Below, one piece after another: positions 10,980-20,922 of a stretch of DNA of 64,000 bases. The stretch is from assembly GCA_019058315.1 (NCBI GenBank), contig JAHPZH010000007.1, positions 128,001 to 192,000 on the forward strand. Direction: 5' to 3'. Position 1 is the stretch's first letter. The number at the start of each line of letters is the position of its first letter. The stretch comes from Candidatus Helarchaeota archaeon (lineage in GTDB: Archaea > Asgardarchaeota > Lokiarchaeia > Helarchaeales > RDOG01). The notes below the pieces were generated by a model. That model worked only from the letters and a program-made list of their open reading frames with translations, was not told the DNA's origin and ran no database searches. The position numbers and the translations under genes are program-made.

Positions 10980-11289
10980 AATTTTTCCCTACCATTAAAT
11001 GGAATTGTTTTATATGTTTTAATATTGTATTGCTAATCTTATTTAACATTCTCACTTTCTTAAATTGTTAATTTGCAATAAAGCATGGAATTATATAAAT
11101 TTCATGATAAGATTCTAAAAACCACAACTTGCAAAAAGACTAAATTAAAATGAAAAACAAAAGATTTTAAGTTTTTCGTTTTTATCATTTTAAATCTTAA
11201 ACTCTATCATATATTCACTTTTTAAAAAATATACGTTAATTATTGAAAATTCACGGATTAAGGACACTACTAAATCAATCATTATGTCC

Positions 11290-12090
11290 TCAATTTATTT
11301 GAGGTGCTTTCATAAACTCTGATCTTTCAAAACTTGTAGCAACTAGAATTAATGGAAAGAAAAATACAATTCCATAAAAAATTATTTGCCCAAAATCACT
11401 TTCTTCTCCAACAGGAAGTGGATCTCCAGTTACTAATAACCATGCACCAAGCCAAACCAAATAGAAAATAGCATATAATATGTTTAATTTAACTGCGTTG
11501 ATGAATTTTTCTTTCTGACTCCAATTTTTCATAGCAAAAATCCATAACATTAAATATCCAAAAGAAAGCATTATGATCCCAGTAAATAACATACTCCAAT
11601 GTATTGGGGGTGCAGTCCAAGGTTGAAAAGGCTGCTCAAAATTACCCGTCGACATTATTGCGGTGTATTCCGGAGTATTAGGATGAAATAACCAATCTAA
11701 ATGGAAATGAAATAACCCTCCTGCGAGCGTAAGTTTATAACAATCAAGATAACTCATGGCTGGTTCTTTTAATCTTATGAGTGTGGGTATGAATTTCTCA
11801 GTTTTTTCAATCGTATAATGTGAGAAATAATAATAAATCAAAGCTACTACTAATGAAAAAAGCGGCCAACCATAAGCACTATGGACTAAAACAATTGATA
11901 ACCAATTAGCGTTATCTTCTGGAAATCCGAAAAGTAAGAATAGTCCTAATATTAAAACTCTAAGATCCGGACCTATGTAATTATTGGTTCCAAATATTAA
12001 TACTCTTCTCAAATCAAACCTATTATTCGTTAAATATAAAATAATTAAGCCGAATCCAAATCCAAATACTAAATGAGTGACACCAGACAA
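11290..12090 (-). CDS. Membrane protein, possible YdjM-like metal-dependent hydrolase
   Basis: Multi-TM; TH, GPDL, VHS and HFHLD motifs in family-like order. Confidence 0.55.
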   Translation of the reverse strand: MSGVTHLVFGFGFGLIILYLTNNRFDLRRVLIFGTNNYIGPDLRVLILGLFLLFGFPEDNANWLSIVLVHSAYGWPLFSLVVALIYYYFSHYTIEKTEKFIPTLIRLKEPAMSYLDCYKLTLAGGLFHFHLDWLFHPNTPEYTAIMSTGNFEQPFQPWTAPPIHWSMLFTGIIMLSFGYLMLWIFAMKNWSQKEKFINAVKLNILYAIFYLVWLGAWLLVTGDPLPVGEESDFGQIIFYGIVFFFPLILVATSFERSEFMKAPQIN

Positions 12091-12256
12091 AAATTAACAC
12101 CTATTCCTTTGATTTATTTAACTTACTAATCTTCAACGCAAAATTAACTATTTATTAATTATCTTAAATTTAAAATGTCAAAAAAATTTACTTTGGAAAA
12201 ATAATTTAATTTCTTTATTTAAAACTGAATTAAAGAACTTTAAGAAGGATTATTCT

Positions 12257-12709
12257 ATGCCCGATAAGGATTTAAAAAAACTTCCAAGAAATTCAACAGA
12301 AGCTCAAGGCTTATTAATTAAAGCTTTTTACAAAAAATATGGTGATGAAATATTACCAATTGTTGATGATATATTAAGTCTTCAAGGTCGTGCTCTTGGA
12401 TTAAAAGTAAAGGAAAAAGTCCAAGATACTAAATTATCAACAATCGCGAAATTTTTTTCAAAAAACTGGGATCCAAAACTCGTGAAAGTAATTTCAATCT
12501 CAGACGAAAAATTCCATATACAAGGAACAAAATGTCCATTTGGATTAGAAAATACTTCTAGGAAACTATGTGAAGCCGTAATGGCTATTGATCGTGAATA
12601 TTTTTTTACCGCAACTGATGGGAAGACAAAATTGGAGATTCTAAAAACAGTTGCGGCGGGGGATCCCATATGCGATACTGTCTATAAGGTTTCAGAAAAA
12701 AAAGAATAA
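12257..12709 (+). CDS. ATC-hydrolase/V4R-like small domain protein
   Basis: CPFG...LC....D...KTVAAGDPICD pattern. Confidence 0.6.
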   Translation: MPDKDLKKLPRNSTEAQGLLIKAFYKKYGDEILPIVDDILSLQGRALGLKVKEKVQDTKLSTIAKFFSKNWDPKLVKVISISDEKFHIQGTKCPFGLENTSRKLCEAVMAIDREYFFTATDGKTKLEILKTVAAGDPICDTVYKVSEKKE

Positions 12710-12815
12710 GATTTATTCCTTTCTTTCAATATGAAAATTTTAATATGATTTTTTATTATATTAATAAACAAAAAATCTAAAGGTATAGTATAATTTCAAC
12801 GAAATAGAAAAATAA

Positions 12816-12892
12816 GCGTTCGTAGTATAGCCTGGCTAGTACTTCAGCCTGCCACGTTGATGGCCCGGGTTCAAATCCCGGCGAACGCACCA
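12816..12892 (+). tRNA. tRNA-Gly(GCC), CCA encoded
   Basis: Acceptor GCGTTCG/CGAACGC; anticodon arm TCAGC-CTGCCAC-GTTGA; T arm CCGGG-TTCAAAT-CCCGG; ACCA end. Confidence 0.97.
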
Positions 12893-12907
12893 ATTATCTA
12901 ATTTTAT

Positions 12908-12984
12908 GCGTATGTGGTATAGCTTGGTTAGAACAAGGGGCTTCCAACCCCTTAACCCGGGTCCGAATCCCGGCATACGCACCA
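12908..12984 (+). tRNA. tRNA-Gly(TCC), CCA encoded
   Basis: Acceptor GCGTATG/CATACGC; anticodon arm AGGGG-CTTCCAA-CCCCT; T arm CCGGG-TCCGAAT-CCCGG; ACCA end. Confidence 0.95.
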
Positions 12985-13037
12985 TTTTTTATAGAATGTT
13001 CGTGTTTTTATGTAAAAAAAAAATTTTTATGGGTTTT

Positions 13038-13427
13038 TTAGATATAATCACATGTTTTTAATAAAATAAGCGTTAAAAGCGATGAAACTATATCATAAAT
13101 TGACCCTGGGATTAAGAAAGTTGCTAATTGTGGTGACAATATTATATTTATAATTTCAAATCCCGCCATAATGAACCGAAAAATTACAGAAGTAATTGGT
13201 ATAATTAAATATGTTTCAATATCTTTTGTACAATATACAAGTAAAAATCCAAGTATTAATAATTCTACTCCTGCCATTTGAGAAAAAAGTGGTACACTAG
13301 ATAATCCTATTCCTCTTACAATAGAATCCATGAAGAAAATAAACAAAATTGCAAGAAAAATTTCAAGAATTCCACTAAAAATTAAAAATCCTTTTAAAAA
13401 TCCTTTTTTATCCATTATTTTCATCAT
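13038..13427 (-). CDS. Small membrane protein (about 4 TM)
   Basis: 129 aa hydrophobic ORF. Confidence 0.65.
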   Translation of the reverse strand: MMKIMDKKGFLKGFLIFSGILEIFLAILFIFFMDSIVRGIGLSSVPLFSQMAGVELLILGFLLVYCTKDIETYLIIPITSVIFRFIMAGFEIINIILSPQLATFLIPGSIYDIVSSLLTLILLKTCDYI

Positions 13428-13446
13428 CCATAATAATTCTAAAAGT

Positions 13447-13842
13447 CTAAAAAGGAGCTAAATAAAAATCGTTTCCAATTTGTTTACCCTTAACTAGTTC
13501 ACAATGTCTTAAGACAGCAATTTGATTTTCTAATTCTTTAAGAGTAATATTGAACCTATTAGTTACATCTTTAGGTAAAGCTTGACCTTTTGTTTTAATA
13601 TATTCGTAGATTTCCCGCTGCAATTTCGTTAATCCTTCTGCACCTTCTTGTCCTAAAGTCTTACGAACATTTTTAACTAATTGTACAGCCATAGGGTCAC
13701 AGACCTTTGATGGTTGGCTGGCATCTATTTGGGCATCCATATAACAATCTTCACATAATTTTTTTCCATCAAATTCAAAACTTTCGTCTGTTGAGATTTC
13801 ACAACCACAACTCTCACATTTCATTCTTTCAAACAGCTCCAA
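13447..13842 (-). CDS. Zinc-finger + winged-helix protein (start may be ATG at 13824)
   Basis: CESC...CEDC...CDP, then wHTH-like QREIYEYIK...LRHCELVKG. Confidence 0.7.
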   Translation of the reverse strand: MELFERMKCESCGCEISTDESFEFDGKKLCEDCYMDAQIDASQPSKVCDPMAVQLVKNVRKTLGQEGAEGLTKLQREIYEYIKTKGQALPKDVTNRFNITLKELENQIAVLRHCELVKGKQIGNDFYLAPF

Positions 13843-14081
13843 TAAAAATTAAGTTTATTCAATTGTAAATATAAAAAATAATTCAAAAATGTAACTTCTA
13901 ATTATCAAATAATATTATTCTTTAATTCTCAATATTCTACATGAAATTTAACTAATATCGCTATTACACTTTCAAATTAACACTAAAAGTAGTAAAAATT
14001 AAATAATTGAATTAATATAGACAATTCAAATAATATATTAGAAGTAATTGAAAGAGTGGACTATTAAGGGGATTTTATCCC

Positions 14082-16556
14082 ATGAATACTAAAAAGGAAA
14101 AGGAGGATCAACAACAAGAAAAATTTATTGATAAGAAAGCAATCCTAAGTATAATTCCAAAGGATGGAATTCCAATCAGACTGCTTTTAAAAGAACTAGG
14201 AATTTCAATTAGACATGATAAAGATATTGCTAAAAAATTATTGAGATTACTAAAAAAATTAGAAAAACAGAAGAAGTTAATAAAATTTAACAAGACATAT
14301 TATCCATATAACGAGAATTTAGCCTATAAATTGAAAGATATTAAATTTGATGATCAGTCAAAAAAATTTGAAGAAGTAAAATTTAAGGAAGAAATAAGTG
14401 AGGAAACGATACTAAGCTTGATTCCAATAGAAGGAATTTCAACCGGATCAATTTTAGAAATTTTAGGACTATTTGCTAAAGGAAATATGTCTAGCGCCAA
14501 GAAAGTATATGAAATTTTAAGAATCCTGAAGAATAAAAAAGTTATACTAGAGCACAACAATAATTATTATCCTTATAATGAGAAATTGGTTTTTATAATT
14601 CAAGACCAAAAATTTGATAAATTTCTAGAAAGGTTAGAAGAAGTTAAAATAGAAGAAGGTACAATTACTAATGATAACTATGAAGAAATAATAGCTGATT
14701 TTTTCGAAAACAAAGTATGGACATTTGAAAAACAAATTAATGATTATCAATTTAGAGAAAATTTATCTAAACTCGGTGAATTTGAATATTATGATGAAGA
14801 ATTAGATAAACCAATTATTTTCAAATATTGGACTGATACAAGATGGAAAATAGTTGAAATAGAAGGTAAAAAATATATCTTATCTCCAGCATTTTGGGAT
14901 GATGAAGAAATTCAAGTAAGATTTGCATTAATTTGTAATCCTAAATTCAATCTCAATGTTTATCTAAAGAGGGATAATAAGGAAAAAATAATCGGAAGAA
15001 TTGGATGTTTCAAAGTTATAATTGATTATTCTACCGACTTAGAGCCCACAAGCACTAAACATATAAAATTAACTATAAAAGACGAATTATTAGCTACAAT
15101 ACAAAATTTAGATCATTTTTTCACAGAACAAAAACCTTATTTCATGAGTTTTGACTATGATATCGTTCATCAAGCTTTAGAATTAATAGTAGATAAGGGA
15201 TTTGGTTCGAAGGAAATACTTAATCTCCGTTGTGATGAAATAAAGGAGATTATTTTACAGCTCATTAAAACAAATAAAGATGAGTCTAAAATAAATCCTC
15301 AAATATATATTCAACTTAAAGCTTTGCTTGACTTTAATCCAGAAAAATGGATTCATATTCTAAAGGATAAATTAGATATATGGAAATATTTTGAAAGAAT
15401 GGCTGAAATAGAAGAAGAAGATACTCTATATAAACTGTCCCCAATCATTTTGAACAATTTAAAAACGCTGAAGATTAAAAATAGAAAAGAAATCGATCCA
15501 AAGATTTATAATCAAATAAAAACCTTGCTGGGTTTTGATGAAAATGAATGGGTAGTTGATCTCAAAGACAATTTAGACATTTGGAAATATTTAGAAAAAA
15601 TATGTGTTAATGAGAAATCTGAGAGTGAAATATTTAGCGCATTATATGCAATTTCAAAATTATCTGATGAGAGAGCATTAAATTTATTATTAAAACTTTT
15701 GGATATGTCTTATAAAAGTAAGCAGAAATATCAATGGGATATTCAAAGTAGTATTATTCGAATATTAGGAGATATGGGCTTTAAGAAAGCAATTCCACCC
15801 CTTTTTGAGTTATGGAAAAAAGAGCGTCCTAGAGACCGTTTTTGGGGATTAAAGGTAGTAGCTCTTGGAAAATTAGGAGATGAGAGAGTTTTAAAATTCT
15901 TACTTCATATGTTAGGGTATTTTTATATTGGTTTATTAATAAGATTAGCGATCCCTCCAAAATCCCTAAAAATTTATCTGAAATATTTAGATCATTTGTC
16001 AAGTTCTGCAGCAGAAACCCTGGGAATGATAGGTTATGAAAAAGCTGTAGACCCACTCATCCAAGCTTTAAAAAAAGGAACTAAAGGTCTAAGAAGAACA
16101 GCAGCTATGGCCATTGGAAAAATTGGTGCAATCAAAGCTATAGATCCACTCATTAAAGCTTTAAATAATGAGGAAGACGAGATTCTTGATTCTATAATTT
16201 GGGCTCTTAGCGATATAGCGAGGGCTCATGAAGATGTAATTGATAAGATACGCACTATGGGATTAGAAAAACTTATAAAATACCTAAAAAGTAAACGTGA
16301 ACGGGTTCGACACCAGACAGCAGAGGCTCTTGGAGTTATCGGTGATGAAAGAGCAATAGATCCACTAATTCAAGCTTTGACTAATAATGATGATGATCCA
16401 TTTTTTAGGCATAATTTATTTTTTGCACTCACTGAAATTGGCGATCCAAGAGTAATAGAACCCTTAAAAAAAGCTATAGAAAAAGAGCTAGATACAGAGA
16501 CAAAGGAAAATATGGAATATTATTTGGAAGAATTTCTAAATGGTGAATTAGAATAA
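14082..16556 (+). CDS. HEAT (PBS-lyase-like) repeat protein with duplicated N-terminal wHTH-like modules
   Basis: C-terminal AAETLG.IG..KAVDPLIQAL repeats; two ILS.IP..G....YYPYNE modules; two KI.P.IY.Q...LDIWKY modules. Confidence 0.8.
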   Translation: MNTKKEKEDQQQEKFIDKKAILSIIPKDGIPIRLLLKELGISIRHDKDIAKKLLRLLKKLEKQKKLIKFNKTYYPYNENLAYKLKDIKFDDQSKKFEEVKFKEEISEETILSLIPIEGISTGSILEILGLFAKGNMSSAKKVYEILRILKNKKVILEHNNNYYPYNEKLVFIIQDQKFDKFLERLEEVKIEEGTITNDNYEEIIADFFENKVWTFEKQINDYQFRENLSKLGEFEYYDEELDKPIIFKYWTDTRWKIVEIEGKKYILSPAFWDDEEIQVRFALICNPKFNLNVYLKRDNKEKIIGRIGCFKVIIDYSTDLEPTSTKHIKLTIKDELLATIQNLDHFFTEQKPYFMSFDYDIVHQALELIVDKGFGSKEILNLRCDEIKEIILQLIKTNKDESKINPQIYIQLKALLDFNPEKWIHILKDKLDIWKYFERMAEIEEEDTLYKLSPIILNNLKTLKIKNRKEIDPKIYNQIKTLLGFDENEWVVDLKDNLDIWKYLEKICVNEKSESEIFSALYAISKLSDERALNLLLKLLDMSYKSKQKYQWDIQSSIIRILGDMGFKKAIPPLFELWKKERPRDRFWGLKVVALGKLGDERVLKFLLHMLGYFYIGLLIRLAIPPKSLKIYLKYLDHLSSSAAETLGMIGYEKAVDPLIQALKKGTKGLRRTAAMAIGKIGAIKAIDPLIKALNNEEDEILDSIIWALSDIARAHEDVIDKIRTMGLEKLIKYLKSKRERVRHQTAEALGVIGDERAIDPLIQALTNNDDDPFFRHNLFFALTEIGDPRVIEPLKKAIEKELDTETKENMEYYLEEFLNGELE

Positions 16557-16562
16557 TAAAAT

Positions 16563-16757
16563 TTGAGACTGAAGAAAAAGCAATCAAAGAGCTCAAAAAA
16601 AGAACTTATAAATCAATTAAAGGCAAAGGGAAAATTAGAACCTTCTTTAAAGAGTAAAATTAATACTTTAATACATAAAATCAATTTTATTGAGAAGAAT
16701 TCAGATCTTGAAGAACAAAAAAAGATTTCGGATTATTTAAATCAAAAAAAGAAATAG
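16563..16757 (+). CDS. Small basic hypothetical protein
   Basis: 64 aa Lys-rich ORF filling the gap directly after the HEAT gene. Confidence 0.35.
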   Translation: MRLKKKQSKSSKKELINQLKAKGKLEPSLKSKINTLIHKINFIEKNSDLEEQKKISDYLNQKKK

Positions 16758-16786
16758 GGTCTTTCTTTTTAAATTACTTAATATAA

Positions 16787-18085
16787 TCAATATTTACCAT
16801 AAAATTTAACTGTTCGTGCAATAGAGCGCACATTTAAAATGTTCACACCCCAGTGCAAACCGTTGTCACAAGCGGCTATGTAATTCCCTCCAGATTTCAA
16901 TGCTTTAAAGGTCTCTGCGACTGCTTGGTACACTTCTTGTGGTGATTTCGCATATTGCGCCACTTCTACACAAGATATTCCTCCAATCAAGCATAACTTA
17001 TCCCCATACCTCTCTTTAAGCTCGTATAAATTATTTACTGTTGCTTCGCAACCATGGAAACCATCTATTTGGGATTCAACTATTGCATCCATAAAATCCC
17101 AAGGTTTTTCTTTGCGGGGGATTTTCATTCGACCATCTGTATGGAACAATACCCGTATATCGAGTTTGTGAGCTTTATCTACGAATTTCCTTATCCTTGT
17201 TGTATAGATTTTTCGGTACATTTCAGGTGGAATCATAGGACCATGCGACGTAGCACAATCTTCTAATAGGATAACTGCTTTGATCCCCGCATCTGCATAA
17301 ATTTTCAATAATTCTAAATAAAATTTCAAAACTTCATCTAAAAGATTAAGATATGGTCCAGAACCCTTTTTATATTCTTTATACAATCCTGAAAAGAATT
17401 TATTCATATTACTTAATCCATAAATTTGATGCCATGTTTCAAAGAAACCCAGAATTCCAGGAATTAGAAGTTTATCTTCACCAAATTTTTTCTCAACTTT
17501 TTTATGAAACCCTAATTTTCCTTCAAGGTCATTAGTTTTTATATTTTCTATATATTTTTCCATTTGTATTTCAGGATCACTAAATAGAGCATCAACAGCT
17601 CTTATATTACCCCATTCATCAATATCGTGTAAGACGTAACTTTCATTTACCAAAAATTTTTGAATTTTATTATTCACCTTTTTTTTTGTAAAACCCCTCA
17701 TTAACCCAGGAAAGCCAAAAATAATAGTACCATCTACTCCAAGACGAAGTATTTGGGGGAGTAAACTTGCTGTTGCAAAATATATAAAATCATATGTTGT
17801 AGGTTGTTGAAGTAAACTACCAGTTAACGCATCAATAGGCAAGATTTTTCTAATCAAACTTTTATTTCTACTTTTAGGAATAAATCCATATAGTTCCCTT
17901 GTAGCCTTTATAAGTTCTTCATAAATATGAAGTTTGTCAAGCCATTTTTTCAATTTTCGAGGCCAATAATCTTGAAATAGGGCAATTTGTGCTAAAACAT
18001 AAGGATCCATTCCAAGTTCCATATAAGGAACTTGATCAGGTTCCTCTTTATTCAGGGCTGTTAACATTCTTTCTTTTGAGTTCAA
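16787..18085 (-). CDS. Uroporphyrinogen decarboxylase / MtaA-CmuA superfamily protein
   Basis: MNSKERML.AL..EEPDQVP N-terminus; ED...GPMIPP, FHTDG, LIGGI, GGNYI...DN. Confidence 0.85.
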   Translation of the reverse strand: MNSKERMLTALNKEEPDQVPYMELGMDPYVLAQIALFQDYWPRKLKKWLDKLHIYEELIKATRELYGFIPKSRNKSLIRKILPIDALTGSLLQQPTTYDFIYFATASLLPQILRLGVDGTIIFGFPGLMRGFTKKKVNNKIQKFLVNESYVLHDIDEWGNIRAVDALFSDPEIQMEKYIENIKTNDLEGKLGFHKKVEKKFGEDKLLIPGILGFFETWHQIYGLSNMNKFFSGLYKEYKKGSGPYLNLLDEVLKFYLELLKIYADAGIKAVILLEDCATSHGPMIPPEMYRKIYTTRIRKFVDKAHKLDIRVLFHTDGRMKIPRKEKPWDFMDAIVESQIDGFHGCEATVNNLYELKERYGDKLCLIGGISCVEVAQYAKSPQEVYQAVAETFKALKSGGNYIAACDNGLHWGVNILNVRSIARTVKFYGKY

Positions 18086-18100
18086 GATTATCCGCTAGAA

Positions 18101-18877
18101 TTAATATTTTTTTATTATTTCTAATAAATCATCATGAATTTTTGTTCCATTAGTTGCTAATAGATTTTTTGAATCAAAAGTAAAAGAATTCCCGTTAAAA
18201 TCTGTGGTTTTTCCTCCAGCTTCTTTGACCATTATCCATCCTGCTGCAACATCCCAAGATCTTACTCCAATCATAAAAAATGTTTCCACTCTTCCCGAGG
18301 CAACCATACACAATTCAAGTGCTGCAGAACCTATTTGACGAACGTAATTATTTGTCAATTTTAACTCACCATAGATTTTTCCTACTTTTTTTCTTGCTTC
18401 TTCGTCACGTGAATTACAAAAAGTGAAAATTGCTGCCTTCATCGAATTTTTAGAAGAGACTTTAATAGGTTTATTGTTTAGATATGCTCCCTTCCCTAAT
18501 TCAGAGTGAAATAATTCATCTTGAGGAGGATAGTAAACCACCCCTAAAATTGGTTCTTTATTTTTAAGGAGTGCAATTGAAACATTAAAAAAGGGATTTT
18601 TCATAGAGAAGTTGGTTGTACCATCAAGAGGGTCGACGCACCAAAGAAAATCTGAATCCGAATCCTGAAGTCCTGCTTCTTCACTTAAAATTGCATGATT
18701 AGGAAAACTTTTTTTAATTATATCTAAAATTACTTTTTCAGCTTCAAGATCTGCTTCCGTTACGATACTCCGGTCTTTTTTATAACTTTTTTTTATTACT
18801 TTACCGTAAAATTTCATAATTGTTTTACCAGCTTTTTTTGCAGCCTTTGTTGCAACAGATAAAAATTTGTTAGACAA
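18101..18877 (-). CDS. suhB: Inositol monophosphatase / FBPase family
   Basis: VTEAD, SEE, DPLDGTTNF, GSAAL, WDVAAG. Confidence 0.92.
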   Translation of the reverse strand: MSNKFLSVATKAAKKAGKTIMKFYGKVIKKSYKKDRSIVTEADLEAEKVILDIIKKSFPNHAILSEEAGLQDSDSDFLWCVDPLDGTTNFSMKNPFFNVSIALLKNKEPILGVVYYPPQDELFHSELGKGAYLNNKPIKVSSKNSMKAAIFTFCNSRDEEARKKVGKIYGELKLTNNYVRQIGSAALELCMVASGRVETFFMIGVRSWDVAAGWIMVKEAGGKTTDFNGNSFTFDSKNLLATNGTKIHDDLLEIIKKY

Positions 18878-18943
18878 TACATATTACCTTCTGATAGTTC
18901 AATAATTTAGTAGAGTTTGAAAGAATATTAATTTAATTATCAT

Positions 18944-19414
18944 TTATTTTTTAATATTTTTAGGGGTAATTGGAGCATTTTCAGATATTGTGTCAAAAAC
19001 AATCATGGTTTCTGTTCTTTCAACACCTTCCCAAGATCTTACACCCGTTCCTTTTTCGAAAATTAAATTCCCAAGTTCTTCTGTTGAACTTAATCTGACT
19101 TTTGCTATTATATCAAATTGACCAGCAGTTGCATGAACCTCTTCAACTCCTTCAAGATTTGCCAATTTTTTCGCAATTTCCTTAACACTTTTTTCTGAAC
19201 CAATAATTACATTAACAAATGCTGTGACAGGTCTTCCTATTTTTTTATGGTCAATCAAAGCTCTATATCCCTTAATAATTCCAAGATCTTCAAGTTTTTT
19301 AATCCTTAAATGCGTAGTCGATATAGGAAGTTCTGTATCTTTTGCAATGGATGTTACTTTTCTCTTTGAATCTCTTTGTAATTCCATTAGAACTTTAGAA
19401 TCTTTTTTGTCCAT
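18944..19414 (-). CDS. Lrp/AsnC family transcriptional regulator
   Basis: N-terminal HTH with RIKKLEDLGIIKGY; RAM domain AGQFDII. Confidence 0.92.
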   Translation of the reverse strand: MDKKDSKVLMELQRDSKRKVTSIAKDTELPISTTHLRIKKLEDLGIIKGYRALIDHKKIGRPVTAFVNVIIGSEKSVKEIAKKLANLEGVEEVHATAGQFDIIAKVRLSSTEELGNLIFEKGTGVRSWEGVERTETMIVFDTISENAPITPKNIKK

Positions 19415-19569
19415 ACAATCACATTTTTTCCAAAATTTTTAATGATTTCATGTACTCTATACAACTATTTTATATAAACCTACATATCTTCCAGAAATAT
19501 TTTAAAAATCTGTATTTTTTACAATTTTTTTAGAAATAAGTATAAATCAGATTAATTATTTGTCTACTT

Positions 19570-20820
19570 ATGAAAAAAATAACAGAAATTTTAGAAATTA
19601 TTGAGGCAAACGACAATTATAGAAGAAATACTCTTAACATGATAGCATCTGAGAATATAACAAGCCCTTTGGTATCTTACTTTTATAATAATGGGTTCAA
19701 GCACAGGTATGCATGTGGTAGAATTAATGAAAGGACATTTGCTGGTTGTAGGTGGGTGGATGAATTAGAATCCATAACTGAAGAATTAGTTAAGGAATTA
19801 TTTAGGTGTAAATATGTAAATCTCTACCCAATTGCTGGAGTAGTAGCAAATTTGATATCATATATATCAATTCTTAGAAAAGGTGATAAGGTATGTGTAG
19901 TAGAACCATCATGTGGGAGTCATTACAGCCATCATAAAAGAGGTATGCTGGGTATATCAGGAATGAACCCTATTTTTCTTCCATTCGATCTAGAAGAAGT
20001 GAATATTGATTTAGATAAAACTGAAAAGATAATTAAGAAGGAAAATCCATCTATGTTGATACTGGGTGCAAGTGAAATGCTTTTCCCAGTGCCTATTGAA
20101 GAAATTCGAGAGTTTTATAATAAAATTATACTTTTTGATAGCGCACATGTTCTGGGATTGATAGCAGGGGGAAAATTTCAGAAACCTCTTGATGAAGGAG
20201 CAGATTTAATAAGTACTTCAACTCATAAAACGTTCTTTGGTCCACAAGGCGGAATGCTTCTTACTAATAGCAGTGAAATTTACGAAAAAACTTTGAATAG
20301 AACTTTTGATATTATATCTAATCATCATATTCATAGATTACCTTCACTAGCTATCGCATGTCTGGAAATGCTCGAATTTGGCAAAGATTATGCTCAGACC
20401 ATTGTTAGAAATGCTAAAGCCCTCGGGAATTATCTATTTCAAAATGGAATGGATATATTAGGGCATAATAAAGGTTTTACAGAAAGCCATCAGATTATAA
20501 TGGATGTATCTAAACTTGGAAATAATATTGAAACATTAAAAAAACTAGAATCTGCTAATATAATTACTAGTCCTTGTCCAATTCCTGGAAATTTTAAAGA
20601 AGATACTGGGATTCGATTTGGGGTTCAGGAACTGACAAGAATGGGAATGAACGTAAATGAGATGAAATTTATAAGTGAATTGATTTCAAAACTTCTTAAC
20701 GGTGAAAAATCTGAGGGTCAAATAAGAAATGAAGTTATGTCTTTTGTACATGATTTTGAAAAAATTCACTATACCTTTGAAAACCCTGCTTTTATGTTAA
20801 ATACAGAGTTAATTTCATAG
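19570..20820 (+). CDS. Serine hydroxymethyltransferase-family PLP enzyme (divergent)
   Basis: MIASEN, DSAH, STHKTFFGPQGG, GIRFG; several SHMT substrate and folate residues altered. Confidence 0.85.
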   Translation: MKKITEILEIIEANDNYRRNTLNMIASENITSPLVSYFYNNGFKHRYACGRINERTFAGCRWVDELESITEELVKELFRCKYVNLYPIAGVVANLISYISILRKGDKVCVVEPSCGSHYSHHKRGMLGISGMNPIFLPFDLEEVNIDLDKTEKIIKKENPSMLILGASEMLFPVPIEEIREFYNKIILFDSAHVLGLIAGGKFQKPLDEGADLISTSTHKTFFGPQGGMLLTNSSEIYEKTLNRTFDIISNHHIHRLPSLAIACLEMLEFGKDYAQTIVRNAKALGNYLFQNGMDILGHNKGFTESHQIIMDVSKLGNNIETLKKLESANIITSPCPIPGNFKEDTGIRFGVQELTRMGMNVNEMKFISELISKLLNGEKSEGQIRNEVMSFVHDFEKIHYTFENPAFMLNTELIS

Positions 20821-20922
20821 GTTAAATCAAAAAATCCCCATTTTTTATAAGTCTGACCTTATCTTTATCTTTCAAAAAGATAAAAATTCTTTTAAGAATC
20901 GTTTGATAATTCCAAATATTAA

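Noticed and set aside
11145-11193. Imperfect AT-rich inverted repeat upstream of rpoB
   Set aside because: Low complexity; could arise by chance at this AT content, so not called as a terminator or operator.
12816-18085. Possible island integrated at the tRNA-Gly pair
   Set aside because: No integrase and no duplicated tRNA 3' end seen in the window.
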